Below, one piece after another: positions 52,085 through 63,400 of a stretch of 64,000 nucleotides of DNA. Origin of the DNA: Amoebophrya sp. A120 (taxonomy: Eukaryota; Protista; Dinoflagellata). The stretch's first letter is position 1. Each line of letters opens with the position of its first letter. The notes below the pieces were generated by a model. That model was given only the letters and a program-made list of their open reading frames with translations, was not told where the DNA came from and made no database searches. The stretch lies in NCBI GenBank assembly GCA_905178155.1, contig CAJINV010000004.1:4009555-4073554 (forward strand), in the 5' to 3' direction. The position numbers and the translations under genes were made by a program.

Positions 52085-55000
52085 ATGGCTTCCACGACGA
52101 AGAAGTTCAGCAATGTCAACCTGAACGCGCCCAAAACTGCGAAGAAGACAACTATCTTCGAAACCGTCGTCACCTCCGCTAAGCCCGCTCTCACTTCGGC
52201 CGCGGCGCCCGCCCGTATTGCTTGTTTATTTTACGGCACGCTTTCTGATTTGCTGGTTTTTTTTTTTCATCTGCAACTGCATGCACATAGTATGATCTTC
52301 AAACTGAAAGTCCAAGAGCCGCCGAAACGACCTGTGCGCTGAACAGTGCTGGTAATGTCACACTGGCTGGAGAGATATACACATCACGAGCTCTTTTGTC
52401 ACAAATTTTCCACGAGATGTTCTTGCATCTTCTAGCGGGGCCGGGGTCAACTGGTGTGCATAAACAAGATGAGCAGTAGTTATCAAAATCAAAATGAACG
52501 ACTGCATTGTATAATATCCAGGTTCAATCGGGCGTGCCGGACTTGCAGGACTATGTTCTCTCCCCACGGTAAACAAGAAGCCGGCGAAGAAGGCGAATTT
52601 GCTGGATGCGCTTGCAGACGAGGCCAAAGGAACCAAGGTCATTGAAGAAGACCTTCCGGTGCCAAAGGTACGATGAAACTTCGTGTACTCTATTTCTGCA
52701 TGAAGTTGTACAGCCTTCTTTGGCCGCAGGGTTTATCGTAGGTGCATGCGCATAATAGTAATGGAACTGCAAAGGTAATTGAAATAGAAATTTCCAAAAT
52801 TAAATCAAAAAATGAAAACAGGAATCAGATGAGAATACGTACGAAGAGGAGGCTCTGGGAAAGCCAGTTTCTTGGGCCGACCAGAGCGAAACTGTTGAGG
52901 AGGACTCGGTAGGCGCTGCGGGTGCGCAATCTGCGAAAAAGCCACAAGATGGCGGCCCGAAGGTACTTACATACTTACTTCTTCTAAGCTTCTACTTCGC
53001 TTGGCTGTTTTATTCAGCATGATTTTTCTACACGTGAAGCTCGGCGGGAAGACTGATTTTTTACAGCCGGATTTTGATGTTTCGCGACGACGCAGGCACC
53101 ACCTTCGCAAAATGATGTTCTTGAGTCCCATGCTTCAGTAAAAAAAAAAAAAACAGAGCAAGTGGGGCGCGGCTGTGCAAGCCAAGTCGATGCAGGAGAT
53201 TATGGAAGAGGAAAAACAGAAGGAGGCGGAGAAGAAGGCCTGGCAACTGAAGAAGCAGCAGGAGCAGGCGCACCTGGGAAACACCGCGTGGAATGGGCGC
53301 GAGCACTACGGTGCGGGGTTCAACGCAAACACGTACGGGCAGTACGCCGGTTCCCCGGGCAGCTACGATCCCTACGGGAGTCAGCCCAACAGCGGCACCA
53401 ACTTCAACACCGTCGCCGACCGCGACCTGGACTGGCGGCGGGGCGGGTCGAACAGCGGGCTCGAAGCTGACCCAGCTGTCGCCACCAAGACAGCGTATTT
53501 TTTTACAAGGGTGGACTTCTTGTTGTGCTTGTTCTGCTAGTACTACTGGTTGAACAAAAATCAAAATGCCGATTTAATGCATTTTTGCAGTTATAATGTT
53601 GTCGTTGATATGTTTGGTAGTTCTACTTCTATCTTGTTGAAGGACAAGAGGAGCTTGTTTTGTAATGCGTTACTCCTTTATTTCTATTTTCACAAAACTA
53701 CAGCGAGCGGTACTCCAGCAAGCAGTATGAGGAAGAGTTTTCCAAGACGTACTCGCGCGAGCCGAAATTTACCTCCGACCCGGTGGACCGAGCGTCTCTG
53801 TTTGGCACCGCGAAGCAGACCGACGGGCCGGCGGATAATTCAGAGGAGCTCCCAAAGTCTTCGAAAGAAAAGAAAAAGGATAAGGAACAACACCAAAACA
53901 AGCAGGACAGTACAACGACTGGAGGTAGAGACAACACCCGAGGCGGAGAACGCGAACGGGAACAGCCAGCTTCAGGTACTACTTCTGCTGGTGGTAAGGC
54001 GCGAGGAGGAAGGGGCGAATACGCAGCAGGTGATGGCGGAAGAGCTGATACTACTTCTTCTTACTCAGCAGAAAAGCCACTGATTCACCAACACCACCGA
54101 GGGGATAGAGCGGGTGGTCCAAGAAGTAGACAAATTGACTTGCAAAACGACAGCTACAGCCATTCCTATGGCGAAGATTTGCAACATTCAAGTGAACAGC
54201 ACCATCCTGCTGCGGAGAACTGGCGCGGCGGGGGAAGTAGTGCTGGCAACGGTAGAGTCGACCGGGAGCGTGGCGGCGAGGACCGCAGTAGCACAACAAT
54301 GACCCGCGGCGGGACAGGCGGAAGAGAAAACAACCTGCTAAACCGCAACTTGAGCAGCGGTGGCCAGCAGCACTTGAAGAGCCAGTACAGACGCGACGAC
54401 GACCACGCGGACAGCTATTACGACAGAGACGAAGACTATTACTTGCGCGACGAAGTTGGAGTTGCACTGTCTCTATGAAATGCAAAAATGTCTGGGTCTG
54501 GAAGAGTGTGAACTTGTCATGCAGGTTTTCCATGACCCTTGGTTGAGGCCTGGAATGCGGGACCTAGCATGACAGAGTCTGTGGGGTCTCTTTCATGCCT
54601 ATCCTGCATGAGAAACTCCCTCCCAACTTGGTCGAAAGTGGACAGCTTTTGGCACTCATGCAACACAGGTTTTTGCATGATTCGGATTTAGCATGACAAC
54701 TTGCAATCTTCCAGACCCAGACATTTTTCCTTTTGATATTCTCGAGGAGAACGAGAAGTAGAGCCGTCGACCAGCCGAAATAATGCTGCGCAGTACGACA
54801 GCTTTAACCCGCGAAGTAGAACTGCGGCCGGGTCAACGAAGGGAGGAGGACAACATCAAGATGTTGGATCATACTCGGGTACTGCTACGACCAGCCGAGG
54901 CGAAAGTCATCAAAATCACCCTGGCGGCAGAACCGCCCGGGGTGAACATCAGGCTGCTCAGCAACATCTTGAGCACAATACCAGAACTCCAAAGCAAAGT

Positions 55001-58000
55001 ATTCGTGGGAGTAGAGATGTAGACCAGAGATGGCAACAGCAGCAGCAGCACACTGGGGACGTCGAGCGGTGGAACAAGAGAGACGGTGCTCAAGAGAAGT
55101 GGGATCAACATGGGGAGGAACAGTGGAACGAGTATGAGCACGAGGAATGGGGCGAAGAGGAGCAAAAACGGTGGGAACAAAGATGGCGCAAGCCGCACTC
55201 ACCCGCCGCTATGAGCCAGGGAAACACGACCTACGAAACCACAGGAGAAAGTATTCATTTTGAATAAAGAGGCTATTAAATAAGTCGGGAATTGTTCATT
55301 TTACAGATGCATCTGCATGTTGAGCGTAACAACTTGCACAAATTATCGAAAAAATTGTCATGCAATCGTCGTCCATCCCAGACCCAGAGAGATGCTTTTG
55401 CAGTGCGTAATATACCACCCAAAAACTACAGGCCACCCGTACACTGCGAATTCCACTGAACAGCATTCACCTGTCGACCTAGGCCGCGAGCGCGACCCCA
55501 TCACCCTTAACAGCACCGGGTATTTTTTACAGCATCACGTCGAGAGTTTTTTTCTACTGCGCTGCTATAGAAGCAGAGCACCATGTGCCAACGTGCTGAA
55601 GATTTGATCAACTTTTATTTGCGTCATTGAAAAATGCAATGCAATGTAGTCCTTTGTGATTGTGTCGCAAGTGAACTGAGTGAAACTATCAAACAAATTC
55701 AAATCCAACTTCAAATACAGACCACGCACCCGCGCAGATCCCCCCTTTGGCGCACCCCCGCCACCCCCGTCGGGGCCCCCACCCCGCGCTGCGGAAGCTC
55801 TGGTAATGAAGGTGCCCACTGCCGCTTTGGTTACCAACGTGCGCGAAACGCTTCGCTCGATGCAAGGTACACATAGGTTGTTTCTTCTACCTTGTGTCTC
55901 GTACATAATTATGAGAAAATTTGACGATCATTTCTTATGAAGACGTTTTTCTTTTTGCATGTTCGATGAAGTGCCTCTCCACAGCAGTTCCCCAGGAGCA
56001 TGGCTATGGTACTGGTAGTGAAAAGATCTGTAATCGAAAACGAAATCGACAAAGAATCGTCGATGCATCAAACAAATGAAAAATCAGGCAAATGCACCCT
56101 GAAGCACTTGGCGACCAAGCAAAAGGATTTTTCCGCGAAATCTGGGAAAAATCTGGATGACTTCCTGATGGAGCATCCGGACGTTTTCAAGATCGACGGC
56201 AGCACGGTGACACTCCTGGAAGACACGCGATATTTGACAAAGGACACCTCCAACACTGAAGAGGTAGCTTATGCTTCGTAAATCCATTATTTCATTGACG
56301 AACACGGAAGTTTTTTCACGTGCTTTGCTTGTTACACATAGCCAGCATATGGATAATTATGCTCCGCTTGAACCTGATCGATCTCGATGGAGGAAGCAAA
56401 GGATAAAAGCAAAAGAAACCGAAAAGCAAAAGATTCCCGTAAAAATAATATCCACCCACTACTACAACCACAGATCTACGGTGCTTTCAGCGCCCCTAAA
56501 GAGTCCCCGTCGCACAGCAAGGATTCCTACAGCAAATTCAACGCTTCGCAAACGGCTGCGCGGGAAAATATTAACCTGAACACGACGGAACAAGCGGGTT
56601 CTCTTGAGAAGGACCGGTCAGAGAAGAAGAAAAAGAAGAAGGACAAGTACTGGGAGGAGTGGGACGGCGGGCAAGAGCAGGAGTGGACGAAGGAAGAGTG
56701 GGAGGCGTGGGAGAACTGGGGCGACGACTATGCGGAGAAGAAAAAGAAAAAGGAGAACAAGCACAGTCGCAAGGACCCGCACGTGGCGAGTCAGCGCCAC
56801 CCCCTCGGGAAAGAGGAGGATTTAGAGACCTTGCTGCAAAATGAGGTCGACAACGCGTACGGAGACAACCACTTTGATGGGCGCTATAAGGACGATGAAG
56901 TAGTAGACTACGATGGTGGGGATAATTACGACGCAGCAGAAGGAACTTCTAAGTCGGCGAACAAGGGTTACAACACTGGTTCCTACAGTAATAGAACAGG
57001 AGTAAAGGAACAACACCAGGGTAGTAGTTCTTACGATCACCACAAAGGCAGTTCGTCAGCACAGTACAACAACAAGTCGTCCAACAAGGCCGAGAAACAT
57101 CAAGACGGCACTTATGCCTCCTCTTCCCGCGACGACAATACTAGCGCTTCTACTTCTAAGCCGGGGTCTTCTTGGTACCATGATAACAGCGCGAAGGAGT
57201 CCCGCGAGTCCCGGCGGGGTCGCGGCGGCCGGGATAAAAAGAAGGAGAAGGATAACCAGCACTACGATAGCTATGACAAAGACAACTGGTATCAGGAGGA
57301 CAAGGAGACGAGCAAAACAAAGAGCAACATGGTCTCTTTGACAGGAACGGCTGCAAAGAGTTCTTCTACCTCTGCGAACGGCACAGGGGACACGACTCTC
57401 GTCGGTGGTTTGAAGAAAAAGAAAAAGGCGGGTTTGTCCATGAATCTGAACCAGACGGATGACAAGCCGGTTGCGAAGAAGGAAGAGGAAAAGCCGGAGG
57501 CGAAAAAGTGGACCGGGTGGGGCAAGCCGGATCCGGACACACCGGTGAAGCACGACCATGAGTTTAACAGTACCAGTGCGACGTCGCAACAGCCCCCCAA
57601 AAGATCCGTCCCGCTCGCCAACGGAGGTGCGGCTGCAGGAACTGCGAATGGGTCAGCTTCTAGCGGCGCTAACGGAATAAATGCGAAGGGGAACGGCAGT
57701 GCTGCGCCGGTTTCTGCAACTGCGAATGGCAACGGAACCACTTCTAAATCTTCGTCGAAGAAGGGCAGCGGACGCAAGGGTGGCAAGGACAAGGACGGCA
57801 AGGATGGTGGTGGAAAGAAAGGAGCGTCGAACAGTAGTTCTTACGCAGCGGAGCCAAAGTCCAGCAAGGATGACGACGGTGGCTCCAACGACGCCGAATC
57901 TGCGAACAGCGGTAAAGGAGCGGGCAAGAAAGGTAGTTCCTCTTCGAAAAATAAGGGCAGCGGCAAGCGACGCGGTGGAAAGAAGGGCGACAAAAGTGCC

Positions 58001-58326
58001 GACGACGCCGGCAGTGCGAGCGGGGAACGGGAAGCGGGGTCTGGAAAGAACAAAAGCGGGAAGGAGGGGAAAGGTATTATAGCAAAATCAAAGATGAAAA
58101 TGTTCCTGTTGGCACAGTTTGTTTTGTGTAAGTGAGTACCTGTGCATCTTTGTTTTTTCCAAGAACTCGCTTGATACAAGAGGACCTTTGTTCTCGCTAC
58201 CCGATCGATCCTCGATCCCTTTCTTCAGTAAAACAAGAACACGCATGATTTGAATTTTGTACTAAATCAGGTCGCGGAAAGAAGGATAAGGACGGCAAAC
58301 GGCAGGCGAAAGCGGACGCAGAGTAA
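52085..58326 (+). CDS. Large, mostly low-complexity (G/K/S/D-rich) protein with one small globular, possibly winged-helix segment; multi-exon
   Basis: Frames join across introner 54474-54738 and GT-AG introns such as 55251-55431 and ~58073-58270. Not all junctions were verified, so this could be two genes. Confidence 0.6.
54474..54738. mobile_element. Introner family B (reverse orientation)
   Basis: Interior is the reverse complement of 10720-10981; direct repeat gtctc/ttctc. Confidence 0.92.
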
Positions 58327-60432
58327 GGAAGTAGAGGGATGAAAATGACGAGGTGGAAAGCCATCAACATCATTTTTGTGAACGTCTCGTACTGCTCCTG
58401 TCTCGACGGAAGCCAAGAAGACCGCGGGATCACAAACAGTTAGAAAAGCTGCAAACGGAGCTCTTCGCCTTGCCAACTTTATCTTGCCCGCGTTAATACT
58501 AAAGTCGTGCTCTTCGGCCCTACACTTTTTACACTAGTGTCGAATGAGTGTGATAAATTTTCGGAGAAAAGATACCACAATTAATGTATCACAACTTCTT
58601 GCAAGTGCTTCGTAGTTTTTTTACTTCTAGCACTTTCTCCTAAAAGATGACAATGTTTTTAGGCGTGACTGTGAAAAGGTCAAACGAATTTCTCGCTGCC
58701 TTTACAGCAGATTGAGATTGTTTCACAGAATCTAAACATTGATACTGCTGGTATAGTGCGTACAGTAAAAACAAAAAGTTTGTTTTCCGGAGCAGCTTCC
58801 AGTTTGCTGCAGCTTCATCAGCAGCTGCCGTCCTGTAAAGAAAGGTTTTTGATGATCATGACAAACTATTAATTGCAAGCCAAGCGACATATGAATATAG
58901 TACCTATATGCGAATAACTACAGTTTGGCCTGCCGGATATTTTGGCCGGCGGCCGCTTTCGCTTTGAAGGAACATTTTCGTCTTACTTCCTACGATTTGT
59001 TTTGCGATGCTGACTTTCGTACCTAATTCCTTGTTTGACTACTTTGAGATATGAATGAAAGCCGCGCTTTCAACAGCATCTTCTTCACCCGCTCAACTAC
59101 AACTTCGAAGATCAGGCCTATTGGCGTAGAAGTTCGCAACTCTATACGCTACTTCTATTGCGGCCGAAGTTGTACTACTAGATCCCAGCCTCAGATTCAG
59201 AATTTCCTTGTGCTTCTGGTTCTAACGTGGTCCACCTCGAAAGAAGATGACTTGTGGACGCCAATGTAGCGGGATGGGTACCATTTTTTTTATGAGAAAT
59301 TCAAGTTGTTCCAAAAGTTTCTCGTAGGGGTTTGGTTGGAGATTCTCTTCCACGTTTTTTCAAAAAAGCTTAGTACATCGTTGTTGATTAAATGATATAA
59401 TATTTGAGCTTAAATTTGACACTCGTATGTCTTTGAGATGTCGTGTTTTCGTATTAAGTTCACCATTGAGGCGGCATTTCTGAAGAAATGGGACCGAGAT
59501 TTTCAACCATGTTGGCGTTCCGTTTATTTGGTTTTTGGTTCATGTAGTGGGTAACGGAAAAAATGTGCTCCTGCTTGATGCCTGCTTGTATGAGTGTTGC
59601 AGGTTTTTTTTTGGTGCGTTGTTCTGTCTTCACAATTGTGCAGCTGGTGTTGGTACTTGTTTTGCTGCACTTCTGCGCCGTGTAGGTGGTCTCAGGAGGA
59701 AGGTTCACTAGCACTGCCGCGTTTGGTTTCTTCTGTTTCGTTCTGGAAGTGTGGTTTGTGCGCTGGAGAACAAGCGTTGCAAGGAAGGTCAGAGTCAAAA
59801 AGTAGAAAGAGACACTTTAGAGCAGGGAGAGGGGGAGGACATGCGTGCAGTGCCACCTGCTGCTAAAGTCGAATTGACAGTGCAGGAGTTTTTATTTTGC
59901 TTGTTTCGATTGTGTCGGCCTCGGCACACCGTCGGTGTTGTTGAGTAGTTGATGTCAAAGCCACATGCTAGTATCTTATCAATCTAGAGTCTTCGCACTG
60001 ATGAACTCGTGGGGGAGTGGTCCAACAAGAGAGATGAATACAGGTAAAATATCAATGAGACGTAGATACAAGAGAGAGAGAGAATGAGAAGAATCGTGCT
60101 GGAACGCAGAAGTGCTCGACTTGTGCAAGCAGACAAATCGCATTCGTAATACGAGCGATTTACCCGACACATTGTCAGCAGGACCTCATCCATTCTAGGT
60201 AGAAAATACATACGACAAAAAGAAAAATCTGAAGTGATCATGCGCCATGCTCGCATGAGTCTTTGATATTATTTCTACGTACGAAAGTTAGTACGACCAT
60301 GATGTGAATGATGCACGATTTCCGGATCATGCGGCGATCGTCCTGTACTCGGTAAGTGGACTAAGCAGCAGAGTACGTGATCCTACTCCTCCTGGTGTCC
60401 CTCTCTACTTAATTTCGGCGTAGTAGATCTAG

Positions 60433-63400
60433 ATGTCTGCGGCGGGGCAATCTGCGGCCATGGCGTCCGCGGACGCGGCGGCTGTGATGCCCACCGGGCT
60501 TTCCCGCGACATCGACGGGAACATTCGGACTCTCTCGTGGGAGAAGCGTCTGGTGCGGGGGTTCGAATCCATGTTCTTGTCCAGCAACAAGGAGGTCGCG
60601 CCGGCGTACTTGGCAAAGACGCTGACCCGGCAAGAAGTCATCAAGGGCGGCGGGGAGACGAAACCCATGCCATTGGGACCGGATGGCAAGCCCATTGTCG
60701 ATCCGGTTTATGAGGAAAAGCTGAAGCGGAAAAAGCGGCGAGTGAGGTATTTGCACCAGGCCTGGTCTTTTGCGTACTTATTTTTCTTCACAACCTTCCA
60801 TGCAGCACGTCTTGTCGCTGTATAGGACGAGGTGCAAGATCAAAAACAAGTACGCCAAAAGATAGATCATAAAAATGAAAATCTCATGCATGCAAGACCG
60901 GTTCGTGGTCAAGTGCTACAATCAAAATCAATATCAAAACAGAAACCTCTATTACGTGGCGATGTTTTGGTTCCTCCTCCTGAACGCCACACTGATCTAC
61001 ACGGGCTGGCAGTACTTTTCCGCGGTTCTCCCCTACACCCGCGATGTGTACATAAAGTCTACCGCCGGGCCGCGGTACGCATTGCAAAAGTACCGTACTT
61101 CCAGTACAAATCGAATGACAAATAATCTTGTCAGAGGCAAAACTGAAACTTGTCATGCAGATTGAGGTAGGAAACCCAAACCAGATTTGTGTTTGTTATG
61201 CACGGTTTGTTGTAAGTACTTGTACTTCGAGTGCGACTACACTTTTGCAATCCATACACGGGTTGCGCAGAGATTCCGGGACTTTATCGAAACCACAACG
61301 TTGGAGCCGATCAAGCGGATCAATAACGTCATGCAGAGGGGGTTTTTCCGGTTTTACCCGTCCATTTACAACCATGTGAGCCCGATTAATTTCCACTATG
61401 CATTGCAAAACAAAGTATCGTCGTCGTATGAATGCATTACAAATTTCCTCAGCATGAGAAATAAAATCTGTAATGCGGATTTACCTTTAGAACAAAATTT
61501 GTAATGCATGACTGCAATTACTACGAGTACGATACTTCTGCACAGGATATCCACCTCGTGGAGGCCATGTTCGGATCGACCTTGCTCGCCCGGCGGGCCA
61601 TCCTAAAGCTGGAGATGGGGTTCGAGGGCACGCGGCAGGACAGCGCGTTCGGCGCCATGCGGTTCTTCCGCGTCGGGCCGAAGGAGCAATTGGTGCTGCA
61701 GACCGACATCCAGAAATTTTGCACGGAGGGGGTGGGCATCTTTGGCTGCACGCGCAACATGACGCTGACCAACGACAAGTGGTTTCGCGATTTGAAAAAC
61801 GTCGGTCTCGGGACCATTCTGACGCAAACGCGTTTGCAACCGACGCATTTGGATCCCTTCGTTCCGAGCCCGCTGCTGATTCCCATGCCGAGTTTGTGTT
61901 CCTACCCGCACTCCGCCACCGCGCAGAGTATGATGGTCAACGCGATGGCGAATATGGCTTCAACATCAAGTAGTAGTGCTGGCTCTGGCTCAAGCAGTCT
62001 CGCGATCATCACCTACGAACAGCTCTTCCAGCAATATTCCAACTTCCCGTACGCCTACCGCGGCCCCGAGTTCCAGCTCGAGCCCGGAGTCTACCACAAC
62101 CTCGGTGTCGGCTGCTGCCAGCCGGATGCGAACGAAGTGTTGGCCCTGCAGGGACCGGCCGTGAGCAACGCAAACTGCCGGCACCAGTGCGATTTGCGCG
62201 GGGTGGATTGTGTGGGATACGACTACGACCTGAGTAAGCAGAGGTGCTGGCTGCAGACGGGAAGTACGGAAGTGCAGTCGGTTATGGGAGTGTCAGGACT
62301 GATGAAATCGTCAAAGTTGAAATAGTTTGTCATGCATAAAATGCAACGCAGAAAGTGCCTCTATTGCAGAGAACGCAAGGGAGGCAGATAGTAGTGCTGG
62401 TAAGGGTCGAGCATTGGGCTGCTGATTAGCATGACAAAGGGGAGCCCCTTTGCCCTAAACAGCATGACAAACTGGCTTCCGGTACGGACGAAATTTGTCA
62501 TGCACCGACTAGAAACTTTGAGGCAAATTGGTATCGATTTTATGCATTACAACTTATTTCAACTTTGTCGATTTCATGATTCCTGACACTTCCATATCGG
62601 TGTCGCTGAACCCACCGACGGACACCTGTAATGCGTGCTACGCGAAGAACCTGACCCTGACGAACCACTTTGACGCGAATGCCACGGCGGTGAACAGCAC
62701 GCTGCTAGACCAGGAGCGGCAACTGGTGATCGAACAGAAACTGCTCGAAATGGCGCGACAGGAACCGAAACTGCACGAGCACCTCGGGCCGATCGAGGCG
62801 GGGGACCCGCGGAGTTATGCGGATTTGCAGCACGAACTGCAGTACCTACAGCTGTACGGAAATTGCAGTCAACGGACCTCGAGCCCCTTTCTCCAATGGG
62901 AACAGGCCCAGAAGACCGCGAGCGCCATTCTGGAGGCGCATAGAACCTTGTTTCAGAAGTACAGCAAGGAAAACTGGTATATTAGCACTGGAACAACATC
63001 TTCAGGCAGTAGTGGTAGCGGTGGTACAACAGGAGCATCTACTTCATCTTCTAATAGACGGGTATTGCAGACAGATATAGATGAGCCTCCTCGTCCCCTG
63101 GAGGACCAGCAGCTGCCCCATCATCAACCGCGGTGGTCGCAGATAGAAGCAGAAACAGGAACAAGTAGAAATTATCGAGGTGGAATAAAGAAAGCCGATG
63201 TGATGTCGTCCGCAAAAAGACGAGTAGCAACTACTTCCAGTAGCAGAAGATCAGGTGGCGCTGGTCGTACAACAACTAAAGTAGAGCAGCTCTTGCAAGA
63301 GGGCATCAGAACAAATTCAAATGTAGAGACCACGAACACGAAGCACACGATGCGAGAAAAAAGAAAAATGCAGATGAGACAACACCGAGATACTAGCCAC

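Noticed and set aside
10720-54738. Recurring gtctgggtctggaa / ttccagacccagac as a CRISPR-like repeat
   Set aside because: The copies are dispersed inverted pairs, not a regularly spaced direct array, and there are no cas genes. They are introner TIRs.
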